From: Terriglobia bacterium
Lineage (GTDB): Bacteria > Acidobacteriota > Terriglobia > 20CM-2-55-15
Length of the DNA stretch: 64,000 bases
Assembly: GCA_965218585.1 (NCBI GenBank)
Contig: CBDCLE010000001.1
Coordinates: forward strand, 128,001 to 192,000
Direction: 5' to 3'
Shown: piece after piece, positions 48,804-58,230 of the stretch
Position numbering within the stretch: position 1 is the first letter of the stretch
Layout: every line of letters begins with the position of its first letter
Position numbers and translations under genes: made by a program
Notes under the pieces: generated by a model
Seen by the model: the letters and a program-made list of their open reading frames with translations, nothing else
Databases searched by the model: none
Told to the model about the DNA's origin: nothing

Positions 48804-49667
48804 ATGCGATTCTGTCGTTTCGGAGAAAACCGTTTAGGTCTGGTTGAGGGTTCCGAGGTGCGAGACGTGACCGCAGCGCTTGATGTGCTGGGAGATTACC
48901 GCTATCCGTTGCCGATCGTGGATCAGTTTATCGCGAACCTCGACAAGATCTCGGAAAGAGCAAAGGCCATTGCCGCCGACGCGCCCGTTCTGGATCTGGA
49001 AGGCCTGAAATTGCTGAGCCCGGTGGCGAACCCGAGCAAGATCGTAGGTGCCCCGTTGAACTATCAGAAGCACATCGACGAGGCCAAGGTAGACGAAGGG
49101 ATTCATCATGACAACCCCGCCCACCTGGCACCGATCCAGAAAATCGGTTTGTTTCTGAAAGCCTGCAGCTCACTGGTGGGTCCGGGAGAGGGTATCGGGC
49201 TCAGGAAACTCGACCGGCGTAATGATCACGAAGTGGAGTTGGCCGTGGTGATAGGGAAAGAGGCGAACAATGTGGCTGCGGGTGATGCGCTTGATTATGT
49301 CGCCGGTTACGCGATCGGCCTGGACCTCACGATTCGCGGTCCAGAAGAACGTTGCCTTCGGAAATCCCCGGACAGCTACGCTGTCCTGGGACCGTGGATG
49401 GTGACCGCGGACGAGATCGAGGATCCGAACAATCTCAATCTGAAGATCACGGTCAATGGCGAAGTCCGTCAGGATTCGAACACGAACCTCATGATCCTCG
49501 ACGTCCGTCAGCTCATCGAATACGCGTCGTCTTTCTACACGCTGCAACCGGGCGATGTCATCATCACGGGAACCCCGGAAGGAGTCAGCCCAATCGTTCC
49601 AGGAGACACGATCGTCGCTACGATCGAGAAGATCGGATCGATGGAAGTCGAGGTGCGCGCGGCATGA
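48804..49667 (+). CDS. Fumarylacetoacetate hydrolase family (fumarylpyruvate/maleylpyruvate hydrolase-like)
   Basis: NY..H, FLK, DHEVELAVVIG, DLT.R, GPW.VT.DE, LQPGDVI.TGTPEG. Confidence 0.9.
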   Translation: MRFCRFGENRLGLVEGSEVRDVTAALDVLGDYRYPLPIVDQFIANLDKISERAKAIAADAPVLDLEGLKLLSPVANPSKIVGAPLNYQKHIDEAKVDEGIHHDNPAHLAPIQKIGLFLKACSSLVGPGEGIGLRKLDRRNDHEVELAVVIGKEANNVAAGDALDYVAGYAIGLDLTIRGPEERCLRKSPDSYAVLGPWMVTADEIEDPNNLNLKITVNGEVRQDSNTNLMILDVRQLIEYASSFYTLQPGDVIITGTPEGVSPIVPGDTIVATIEKIGSMEVEVRAA

Positions 49668-49723
49668 TCGTAGTGAACCTGCCGGCGTTCGCGGGAGCTA
49701 TAATTGTCCAGGGAGCGTGAGAC

Positions 49724-50809
49724 GTGAAGGACTCGAAGGCAATGAAGGGACAGGCGTACGATTTCCAGAAGCCCGAAGTAACGGAAGAGTTAAAAGAGTA
49801 CTACGATCGCCTGAACGAGTTGAACACGGCGCCGTTGTGGGAGGTCCTTGATGAACTGGTCACCGCCACGCCAAGAACGCCGTGTGTCCCCACCCTTTGG
49901 CGCTACGATGAGCTGCGCCCGATGCTCATAGAGGCGGGACGCTTGATTTCGACCGACGAGGCCGAACGCCGCGTGTTGATCCTGGAGAATCCTGGAATCA
50001 AGGGTCAGTCCTGGATCACGACGAGTCTCTATGCTGCCATTCAGGTGGTCATGCCGGGCGAGATCGCGCAGGCGCATCGCCACACGGGCTCGGCCTTCCG
50101 TTTCGTTCTCGAGGGGGACGGTGGCGGATACACATCGGTCGACGGTGAACGCACGTTGATGCATCCTGGAGACTTCGTTCTGACACCTTCCTGGACATTT
50201 CATGACCACGGCAATTCTGGAGAAGAGCCCACCATTTGGATGGACGGCCTCGACATTCCGTACGTCAACATGATGGGCGTCAACTTTGCGGAGCACTGGC
50301 CGGAGAAGACGTTCCCCGTGACCAAGAACGAAGGCGACGCCGTCACGCGATACGGTCAGAATCTATTGCCCGTTGATCACGAATCCTCCGCGGTGAGATT
50401 CCCTGTGTTCAGCTATCCCTATTCGCGCAGTCGGGAAACGCTGGATCAGCTCTATAAGAATGGTCCAGTCCATGAATGTCATGGCATCAAGCTGCAGTTT
50501 GCTAATCCGCTCGATGGAGGGTACCCAATGGCGACGGTTGCAGGGTTCATGCAGTTGCTCCCGGCGGGGTTCAGCGGTAAGTCCCATCGGTCGACCGATG
50601 GCGCTGTCTTTACTGCTGTTGAAGGCAGTGGAAGAACAAAAGTCGGCGATGTGACGATCGAATGGAAAGAACGGGATATTTTTGTTGTCCCGTCCTGGTT
50701 TCCGGTTTCTCACCAGAGCGAAAAGGGAGCCGTCCTTTTCAGTTTCTCCGACCGCGCGGCGCAAAAGGCGTTGAACCTCTGGAGAGAAGAAGCGCCTATT
50801 TCCGGTTAG
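49724..50809 (+). CDS. gtdA: Gentisate 1,2-dioxygenase-type bicupin
   Basis: PLW, AERRVLILENPG, AHRHT..A.RF, TP.WTFHDHGN, WMDGLDIP, HRSTD, LFSFSDR..Q..L..WRE. Confidence 0.85.
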   Translation: MKDSKAMKGQAYDFQKPEVTEELKEYYDRLNELNTAPLWEVLDELVTATPRTPCVPTLWRYDELRPMLIEAGRLISTDEAERRVLILENPGIKGQSWITTSLYAAIQVVMPGEIAQAHRHTGSAFRFVLEGDGGGYTSVDGERTLMHPGDFVLTPSWTFHDHGNSGEEPTIWMDGLDIPYVNMMGVNFAEHWPEKTFPVTKNEGDAVTRYGQNLLPVDHESSAVRFPVFSYPYSRSRETLDQLYKNGPVHECHGIKLQFANPLDGGYPMATVAGFMQLLPAGFSGKSHRSTDGAVFTAVEGSGRTKVGDVTIEWKERDIFVVPSWFPVSHQSEKGAVLFSFSDRAAQKALNLWREEAPISG

Positions 50810-50942
50810 CCTGTCCCTGTAATCGTAAGACTTGAATGTTGGATGTCGGAGGGCTAGAATTAGGCTAATGATATGTGTGCTCCGCCGTCTTGGGCGTGCG
50901 GTCAATCGAGTTTAGGCGTAGTTTCTGTTCGGAGGGAAATCC

Positions 50943-51338
50943 ATGAAGTCGAAAATTCTTGTTCTGCTTATCGTCGGATTGATGGTGTCGGGTCTGACGG
51001 CCTATGCGCATCATTCTTTTACCGCGACGTATGACGAAGATGCTCAGGTCCAGATTGAAGGCCAGTTGGTCCAGTTCCTGTTCCGGAACCCGCATTCCTG
51101 GGTGCATGTCTTAGCTCCCGACGAGAGTGGCGAAATGGTCCGCTATGGCGTCGAATGGGGTGGAGCCGGCCAGCTGGGTGGCCAGGGTGTGACGCGCGCT
51201 TCGCTGAGGCCTGGCGACCACGTGATCATCAGGGGTAACCCGGGGCGCAATCCCGCAGACCATAGAATCCGGATGCGCAGTCTCCTCCGACCGGAGGACG
51301 GATTCGGCTGGGGATTCGAGGGCGAAGACTTCGATTAG
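50943..51338 (+). CDS. DUF6152 family secreted protein
   Basis: AYA-HHSF, FRNPHSW, L.PGD.V...G.P. Confidence 0.85.
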   Translation: MKSKILVLLIVGLMVSGLTAYAHHSFTATYDEDAQVQIEGQLVQFLFRNPHSWVHVLAPDESGEMVRYGVEWGGAGQLGGQGVTRASLRPGDHVIIRGNPGRNPADHRIRMRSLLRPEDGFGWGFEGEDFD

Positions 51339-51599
51339 AAGTAATCCTCGCTTTTAACGGTTAGCCTAAACGATGGCATTGGTACGGCACGCCGAAAGGA
51401 GTGCCGTACCCACCGATTTCCGCCCGTGTTTTTCTTGACCGGGCGAGTACCACTGCCCTCCGCCGATCTCTTTCTCTTGAACCTCGTTCCAGCCGCACCG
51501 AAAAACGCCCAATGGGCCTCCAAAACATGAATATTCTGACGAAACCCATGACGGGTATCGAGCACTCCTCGTAACCATAAGACTTTTGCAATCAAATTC

Positions 51600-51628
51600 T
51601 TGACAATATATCAGCGTCCGTAGATAGT
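51600..51628 (+). promoter_or_regulatory. Candidate sigma70 promoter
   Basis: TTGACA-17-GATAGT upstream of the 51740 gene. Confidence 0.45.
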
Positions 51629-51739
51629 AGTGTGTCGTTCCCAAGGTCTGGGGTAAGATTATCCTGTCGACGCTCGTCCTGCGGAGACTGTAATCGAGTG
51701 GTGACCGGCGCAGAAGTAGTGTTTTTCTCGGAGGATCAA

Positions 51740-52672
51740 ATGGATAGAGTCAAACGACTCGGCTTTGTTGTCCCGGCGTTCCTGCTGGCGGCGATGCTGG
51801 TGAGCGCGCCCGCACTCGCCCAAACCGATCTGTCTGGTGAATGGAGAGTTGTGCGCAGCGAAGACAACTTCCACAATCCCTACAACGGAGATACTGGAGG
51901 CCTTCCAATGAACGAGTCTGCGTTCAGGAGAGCCGACACGTGGGATGCCTCGATCCAGTCCCTCCCCGAATGGCAGTGCAGGCCTCACTCTGGTGCGTAT
52001 ATCACGCGAGGTCCTTCAGCCCTTAAGATCTGGAAGGAAGTCGATCCCGTGTCGCGCGAAGCTATCGCGTTCCATACGGAATGGTTGCGGTCGATCGACA
52101 ATCCGATCTGGCTTGACGGTCGCGGACACCCTTCAGAACTGGCACCACACACATGGTCCGGTTACTCGACTGGCGAGTGGCAGGGCGACGTGTTGAAAGT
52201 GACGACAACGCACATCAAAGAAGATTACATCCGGCGTAACGGCCCACCTCAGGGCGACCGCGTGACGATGACCGAGTACTTGAGCCTCCGTTCGGTCGGA
52301 AACGAGGACTATCTGTCCTGGACCAAGGTCGTCTACGATCCGGACTATCTGACCGAGCCCCTGGTTCGAACAACCGAGTACATTCGGCGCCCGCACGACC
52401 AGGTGCCACCGTATCCCTGCACAATCGTGACCGAGGTAGACCGCCCCAAGGGATATGTGCCGAGTTGGTTCCCGGGTGAGAACCCGCATCTCGCGGAGCA
52501 CGAAGAACACATGGGCATACCTGCAGAAGCGAGCCGGCAGGGAGCAATCACGATGTATCCTGAGTTTCGCCAGATCATCAAAGAGAACGGTTGGGAGGCG
52601 CGCCGGTTCGAATCGAACACTCCGACGTTTGAGGAGCAGCAAAACCAGCCCGGTCCGCCGGTGCAACGTTAG
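51740..52672 (+). CDS. Secreted hypothetical protein (DUF6152-associated family)
   Basis: Signal peptide, DLSGEW, QCRPH, IWLDGR.HP, GYSTGEW.GD.L.VTTT, DP.YLTEP; GGAGG RBS. Confidence 0.75.
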   Translation: MDRVKRLGFVVPAFLLAAMLVSAPALAQTDLSGEWRVVRSEDNFHNPYNGDTGGLPMNESAFRRADTWDASIQSLPEWQCRPHSGAYITRGPSALKIWKEVDPVSREAIAFHTEWLRSIDNPIWLDGRGHPSELAPHTWSGYSTGEWQGDVLKVTTTHIKEDYIRRNGPPQGDRVTMTEYLSLRSVGNEDYLSWTKVVYDPDYLTEPLVRTTEYIRRPHDQVPPYPCTIVTEVDRPKGYVPSWFPGENPHLAEHEEHMGIPAEASRQGAITMYPEFRQIIKENGWEARRFESNTPTFEEQQNQPGPPVQR

Positions 52673-52731
52673 TTTGCCCGTCTGCCGGCTTTCGGACACA
52701 ACTCTTGGCATACAGTAATTTGGAGTTATAG

Positions 52732-53856
52732 ATGAGGGAAATGGTATCGAAAACCTCGATGGGGCTGCGCGTCGCGCTTGTCGTCGCCGTTGTAGCTGGA
52801 CTGATGGGTGCCGGTATGGTGCCAATTGCACCAGCTCAGCAGGACGACGAAATAGAGACCGTCCACGTCCAGGGCAACATCTGGCTGTTCGGAGGCGCCG
52901 GCGGCAACGTGGTTGCTTCAGTCGGTGCGGATGGCGTCCTGTTAGTGGATGCTGGCCTTGAACAACGGGCGCCCGCATTGCTGGATGCGATTCAGGAACT
53001 TCAAGGGATGCTCAATTTCGGGAGTGCGCCGTCGCCCGCACGTTTCGGGGGAGCCGAGGCGTTGGCCTCGACACCGATCTATACACGGGCCCCGCCCAAA
53101 CCCATCCGATACATTTTCAATACCCATTACCATGGCGATCACACGGGTGGCAACCAGACTTTGGGTGCTTCCGGAATCACCTTTGCTGGTGGGAACGTGG
53201 CCGGTAGCATCAACGATGCGGATTTCGGTGCTGCCGTCTATGCCCACGAAAATACGCTGTTCCACATGATCGACATGGACGTTCCATTCCGCGGCCTGCC
53301 AACGGATACGTACTTTAAAGAATTCTATAAACTCAGTCATTTCTTCAACGGCGAGGGCGTTCGCTTAATTCATCAACCCAATGCCCATACCGATGGCGAC
53401 AGCTTGGTCCACTTTCCGCGATCTGACGTCATCGTTACGGGCGACATTTATGTGACGACGAGCTTTCCCATCATCGATGTGGACCAGGGAGGGCATGTCA
53501 ACGGTATCGTGGACTCGTTGAACTACATCCTCGACCTGGCCATCGCCTCCTTCAGGATGGAGGGGGGCACATTGATCGTCCCCGGCCATGGAAGAATCAG
53601 CGACTCGTCAGACGTTGGCTACTACCGAGATATGGTAACGATCCTTAGGGATGATATTCAGATCATGATCAGCCGGGGCATGTCGCTGGAAGAAATACAG
53701 GCAACGCGACCCACGCTGGGTTACGACGGCCGTTACGATGCGCCAGGAGGATTCTGGTCGGCTGAACAGTTTGTAGAGGCTGTATACCGGAGCCTGACCG
53801 AATCGCCGCAGCCCATCCCCTATCCGGGTCTGGCGCCCTACCTTGTAGGGTTCTGA
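52732..53856 (+). CDS. Secreted metallo-beta-lactamase-fold hydrolase (cyclase-like)
   Basis: GGNV, LVDAG, NTHYHGDHTGGN, AHTDGD, TGD, VPGHG. Confidence 0.9.
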   Translation: MREMVSKTSMGLRVALVVAVVAGLMGAGMVPIAPAQQDDEIETVHVQGNIWLFGGAGGNVVASVGADGVLLVDAGLEQRAPALLDAIQELQGMLNFGSAPSPARFGGAEALASTPIYTRAPPKPIRYIFNTHYHGDHTGGNQTLGASGITFAGGNVAGSINDADFGAAVYAHENTLFHMIDMDVPFRGLPTDTYFKEFYKLSHFFNGEGVRLIHQPNAHTDGDSLVHFPRSDVIVTGDIYVTTSFPIIDVDQGGHVNGIVDSLNYILDLAIASFRMEGGTLIVPGHGRISDSSDVGYYRDMVTILRDDIQIMISRGMSLEEIQATRPTLGYDGRYDAPGGFWSAEQFVEAVYRSLTESPQPIPYPGLAPYLVGF

Positions 53857-53968
53857 CAAGGATTTAGGAATGCTGTCAGTGTTTGGTGTATCCACGACTG
53901 ATTACACTCGGAAGAGAGCAATAACTTTTTACTTTTAAGATAAAGCGTTTTTTCTAGGAGGAAGCCAG

Positions 53969-54364
53969 ATGAAGTTCAAACTGATCGCTTTGATAGTCGC
54001 CGGAATGTTGGTGTCGGGCCTCACGGCGTATGCCCATCATTCTTTTACCGCGACGTATGACGAAGATGCTCAGGTCCAGATCGAAGGCCAGTTGGTGCAG
54101 TTCCTGTTCCGGAATCCTCATTCCTGGGTGCATGTTTTAGCTCCCGACGACAGCGGTGAGATGGTTCGCTACGGTGTCGAATGGGGTGGAGCCGGTCAGC
54201 TAGGAGGCCAGGGTGTGACCCGCGCCTCGCTCAGGCCTGGTGACCACGTCATCATCAGGGGTAACCCGGGACGCAACCCTGCCGATCACAGAATCCGGAT
54301 GCGGAGCCTTCTCCGTCCGGAAGACGGATTCGGCTGGGGATTCGAAGGCGAAGACTTCGATTAG
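53969..54364 (+). CDS. DUF6152 family secreted protein (near-identical to 50943)
   Basis: Mature region differs by one residue (PDES vs PDDS). Confidence 0.85.
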   Translation: MKFKLIALIVAGMLVSGLTAYAHHSFTATYDEDAQVQIEGQLVQFLFRNPHSWVHVLAPDDSGEMVRYGVEWGGAGQLGGQGVTRASLRPGDHVIIRGNPGRNPADHRIRMRSLLRPEDGFGWGFEGEDFD

Positions 54365-54496
54365 ACTCTTGAGCGCGTAACCGTCCAGGAGTCCCCGGAC
54401 TAAGCGCGTTGTGATCGATCAGCCGTCAGCTACGTCTGAAGCTGGACGATGGGTTTCTACTCGACCGGGCGGCGGCGGATTGCCGGAGGAATAAGA

Positions 54497-55300
54497 ATGA
54501 ATCATAGAGTCCTGCCGAAGGGCGCTCTATTGGCGATCGCTATGACTGTGGTCGCTGGTGTAGCGTTTCTTGTGGCAGTGCCGGGCAGCTCCGCCCAAAG
54601 AGGACGGGGAGGCGGTCCGCCTCCGACTGCGCAAGAGGCCGCACCGATAGACCTTGAAGGATATTGGGTGGCCCTGGTAAACGAGGATTGGCGCCATCGC
54701 ATGTTTACAGCTCAGAGAGGCGATTATGCCCTGATGCGGTTGAACGCCGAAGGTCGTCGCGTGGCGGACGCCTGGAGTGAAGAGGCGCCGACCACCGGAG
54801 ATGATTGTCTAATGACCTATGGTGCTGCCGGCATCATGCGCTTGCCAGGCCGCCTGAACATCCATTGGGCCGATGACAACACGCTGCAACTCGACCTCGA
54901 TGCAGGAACTCAGAGCCGAGAATTTTTCTTTGGGGAGTCCGAAGCGCCGGGTGGCCAACCAACGCGGCAAGGCTACTCCGTAGCCGAGTGGGAGTCTACC
55001 GGGGGCTCGGGGCGTGGTGGCGTTTCCATGACTGACATTCCTCTCGGTGGACACCTGAAGGTTGTGACGACGAATATGACCTCCGGGTTTTACTTCAAGA
55101 ACGGAATTCCGTATAGTGCCGATGCCGTGATGACGGAGTTCTTTGTCCCCATCGTGGAGCCCGACGGGGGCGAGTACATCCTGGTACAGACTTTCGTTCA
55201 GGATCCGACTTATCTGACTCAGGCCTTTGTACGGACACTGACGTTCAAGAGAGAGTCTGACGGTCGCAACTGGAACGCGACACCTTGTAGTGAGTATTGA
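54497..55300 (+). CDS. Secreted hypothetical protein (DUF6152-associated family)
   Basis: DLEGYW, GYSVAEW, LKVVTT, NG.PYS..A..TE, DP.YLT, terminal PC. Confidence 0.75.
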   Translation: MNHRVLPKGALLAIAMTVVAGVAFLVAVPGSSAQRGRGGGPPPTAQEAAPIDLEGYWVALVNEDWRHRMFTAQRGDYALMRLNAEGRRVADAWSEEAPTTGDDCLMTYGAAGIMRLPGRLNIHWADDNTLQLDLDAGTQSREFFFGESEAPGGQPTRQGYSVAEWESTGGSGRGGVSMTDIPLGGHLKVVTTNMTSGFYFKNGIPYSADAVMTEFFVPIVEPDGGEYILVQTFVQDPTYLTQAFVRTLTFKRESDGRNWNATPCSEY

Positions 55301-55465
55301 GGCGCTATCGAGCGACACAGACGGAAACTTGAGGGTTTCCGTCCGACTTTCCTCGAGCCGTAGAGGAGTTTTATTATAGGTAAACGCACCTTTGTGCGCT
55401 GCTCTCCTTGCGCTTCCAACCGAAACCAAGCAACTGTGAACTCAGCACAAGTGGAAGAATTAAAT

Positions 55466-55960
55466 ATGGATTTTCTGCTCTTTCTTGAAACAACGTCTAT
55501 CGGAACCTGGGTGCGCGAGTCGCCCTCCTTATTAGCCTGGCCTACCGTCCTTTTCTGTCATTCCATCGGTCTCGCTACGCTTGTCGGTGTAAATGCCGCG
55601 GTCGACCTGCGTGTCCTTGGCTTCGCATCCAGCATCCCCCTGAAGCCACTTGGGAAAATGGTCCCGCTGATGTGGGCCGGATTCGGTTTAAACCTTATAT
55701 CCGGTCTGATGCTCGTCCTGGCCAGCGCGACGACGCTGATGCTGAACCCGACTTTCTACGTGAAGATGGTGTTCGTGATCATTGCCGTCGTCACGCTTCG
55801 GCTGCTCGACAAGCGTGTGTTTACCGACGACGTCGACGACCAGAATCTGACGACTCAAAGCAAGGTCCTTGCGGGAGTTTCACTTTTCTGTTGGATGGGA
55901 GCCCTTACAGCAGGCCGCCTGATTGCCTACCTGGGACCGGAAGCCGGCCTGGGTTTCTAG
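55466..55960 (+). CDS. DUF6644-like 4-TM membrane protein
   Basis: W.....CHSIGLA.LVG....DLR.LG, SG..L, NP.FY.KM, GRLIAY. Confidence 0.7.
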   Translation: MDFLLFLETTSIGTWVRESPSLLAWPTVLFCHSIGLATLVGVNAAVDLRVLGFASSIPLKPLGKMVPLMWAGFGLNLISGLMLVLASATTLMLNPTFYVKMVFVIIAVVTLRLLDKRVFTDDVDDQNLTTQSKVLAGVSLFCWMGALTAGRLIAYLGPEAGLGF

Positions 55961-56079
55961 AAATCGGACAGGGTCCAGGAACGATCGGACAGTTCCCTCA
56001 TCCGACGAGCCATCGGCGTCCTCGTTTCATCCTCTGATGGAACGGCGGCGCCGATTCTCTCTTAGATAGCTTTCATTCA

Positions 56080-57084
56080 ATGTCTGTTCGTATTGCCGCT
56101 ATAGGCGTGAACCATTGGCACTCTCTCTTCGACCTTGCGTATCTGCCGCAGTTCATGAAGATGGCCGGGGTGGATATCGTCGGCATCCACGATGAGGATC
56201 CTGACATAGCGGCCCATCGGGTCGCCGAATTAGGTGGTGGGATACCCGTGTTCACCGTCTATCGGAATATGCTGTCCGAGTCGCGTCCCACGCTGGTTCT
56301 CGTCCTGGACAGGCACGATCGCATGGGGGCTATTGCAGGAGACCTCCTCGATCGGGAGATCCCGTTCATCATCGAAAAACCCGCGAGTTTCAATGCAACG
56401 GAATTGGAGGGTCTGGTTCAGCGATCCGATGCGAAGGACACGTTCGCGGCCGTACCGTTCCTGCTCCGCTATTCTCCTTTTATCCAACACGCGCGGAAAC
56501 TGCTGGACGATGGATCTCTGGGTCCAATGCGCCACTTTTATTCACGGCTGAACCGGCCGACGTCGGCCCGTTACGAACCTTGGGGGTCTGCATGGATGTT
56601 GGACCCGAAATCTTCTAATGGTGGATGCCTTCGCAATCTGGGTAGTCACGGACTGGATTGTTTCGTGTACTTGACAGGAGAGGGCGAAGATATCGAAGTG
56701 ACGGGAGCGCAGCTCAGCTGGAGCACCCATCAGCAGGCAGTCGAGGACTATGCCACGGTGATGCTGCGGTCCGGGAGCGGGGTACTGGGCACGATTGAAG
56801 TCGGCAATGTATTTCCTGCCGACGGGCGTGATGCAGAAATGAAGATAGACTTTCAGGACGGCATTTTGAAACTGGAGCGTGGAGCGTTGAAACTGTACAC
56901 GGCAAATGGAGAGCAAACTCTGCCTGCATTTGATGTGCAGCCCTCAGTGCTTGAACGGATAGTCGGAGCTCTAGTTAAGGGGGACAAGCCTCCCGTAGGG
57001 CTTCGCGACTGTTATCTTGCCGTCCGCCTCATAGATCAAGCGTATCTGGCCGCGGGCAATCCGTACGGAACCGCGTCTGTCTAG
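56080..57084 (+). CDS. Gfo/Idh/MocA family oxidoreductase
   Basis: IAAIG, IEKP, GGCL.NLGSH.LD. Confidence 0.88.
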   Translation: MSVRIAAIGVNHWHSLFDLAYLPQFMKMAGVDIVGIHDEDPDIAAHRVAELGGGIPVFTVYRNMLSESRPTLVLVLDRHDRMGAIAGDLLDREIPFIIEKPASFNATELEGLVQRSDAKDTFAAVPFLLRYSPFIQHARKLLDDGSLGPMRHFYSRLNRPTSARYEPWGSAWMLDPKSSNGGCLRNLGSHGLDCFVYLTGEGEDIEVTGAQLSWSTHQQAVEDYATVMLRSGSGVLGTIEVGNVFPADGRDAEMKIDFQDGILKLERGALKLYTANGEQTLPAFDVQPSVLERIVGALVKGDKPPVGLRDCYLAVRLIDQAYLAAGNPYGTASV

Positions 57085-57117
57085 TGAACGCTACTTTCAT
57101 AGGTCTTGGTAAAGCGA

Positions 57118-57420
57118 ATGATCAAACACATCGTCATGTGGAAACTCAAAGAGAACGCGAACGGGCGAAGTAAAGACGAGAACGCAATAGCCATAAAGGA
57201 AAAGCTGGAAGGCCTGGTCGGTGTCGTGCCGGGTCTCTTGAAGGCCGAGGTTGGCATCGATTTCCGAGGAGCGGGAGAGTCTGCCGATGCCGGTCTCTAT
57301 TCTGAGTTCGAATCGCGCGAGGCGTTCGAAGCCTTTCTGACTCATCCTGCCCACAAAGAGGTCCAACCGTTCGTTAAGGAAGCCAGGAGCGAGCGGCTGA
57401 TGCTGGACTACGAGGTGTAG
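57118..57420 (+). CDS. Dabb family (stress-responsive A/B barrel) protein
   Basis: MIKHIVMWKLK, SEFES, HPAH, DYE. Confidence 0.88.
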   Translation: MIKHIVMWKLKENANGRSKDENAIAIKEKLEGLVGVVPGLLKAEVGIDFRGAGESADAGLYSEFESREAFEAFLTHPAHKEVQPFVKEARSERLMLDYEV

Positions 57421-58226
57421 CGTTCTGCGATCACACTCCTGTTGCTGTGTTCGAACACGTTGAGGTTTCCTCGATCAACTTCAGCAAGAAGGTCTGCATC
57501 GTCCAGCGAAGGGACGCAGATCACCTCTCCTAAAGCCAGTCCCGCCAGGGAGGCCCCGACAACGTCGTCCGGGTCCATCATCTCGGCTGCGGGAAGAGAC
57601 ATCGGATCCACGCCCATTGTCTCGAAGAATTCTGTTCGCGTAAGGCCCGGGCAGAGTGCCTGTACACGGACGCCTGTTCCCTCAAGCTCGGACTGCAGGA
57701 TCTGCGAGAACGTGTTGACGTACGCTTTCGTTGCTGCGTACACCACGCGGGGAGGCATCGGTGGAGATCCCATTGCAGCGCTCATCGCAAGGCGCGAAGA
57801 CACGTTTATCACTCCACCCTTGCCCCGACGGACCATTCCTCCCAGGGCGGCTCGTGTCAGACGCGTTACTGCTGTGACCTGAACTGTGATCAATCGTTCA
57901 GCCTCGTCTGCCGCCATTTCTACGAAAGGCCGGAAACCTCCGAAACCCGCACTGTTCACAAGCAGTGTTAACGGGGAGTCGTTTGTGATGCGTTCTTCGA
58001 GGCTACCGACCTGCTTCAGATCCGAGAGATCGGCTACAACGACCTGGACCCGAACGCGATGGGTATCCTCGAGTCGTCTTGAGAGTTCTTCGAGGCGATC
58101 GGCCCGGCGCGCGACGATGATCAGGTCATGCCGGTCCCGAGCCAGGCGTTCGGCGAAGGCGCGACCCAGGCCCGAGGAAGCACCTGTGACCAGGGCCCGG
58201 GGACGATCGGGAGCTTGGATTGTCAC
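57408..58226 (-). CDS. Short-chain dehydrogenase/reductase
   Basis: TGASSGLG, VARR, LVNSAG, NVSS, YAATK, CPG; GTG start just after the tannase stop. Confidence 0.9.
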   Translation of the reverse strand: MTIQAPDRPRALVTGASSGLGRAFAERLARDRHDLIIVARRADRLEELSRRLEDTHRVRVQVVVADLSDLKQVGSLEERITNDSPLTLLVNSAGFGGFRPFVEMAADEAERLITVQVTAVTRLTRAALGGMVRRGKGGVINVSSRLAMSAAMGSPPMPPRVVYAATKAYVNTFSQILQSELEGTGVRVQALCPGLTRTEFFETMGVDPMSLPAAEMMDPDDVVGASLAGLALGEVICVPSLDDADLLAEVDRGNLNVFEHSNRSVIAERYTS

Positions 58227-58230
58227 CCTT

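Noticed and set aside
51381-51410. GGTACGGCAC...GTGCCGTACC hairpin as an RNA gene or REP
   Set aside because: Single copy, no T-tail or GTAG foot; most likely an mRNA-end hairpin.
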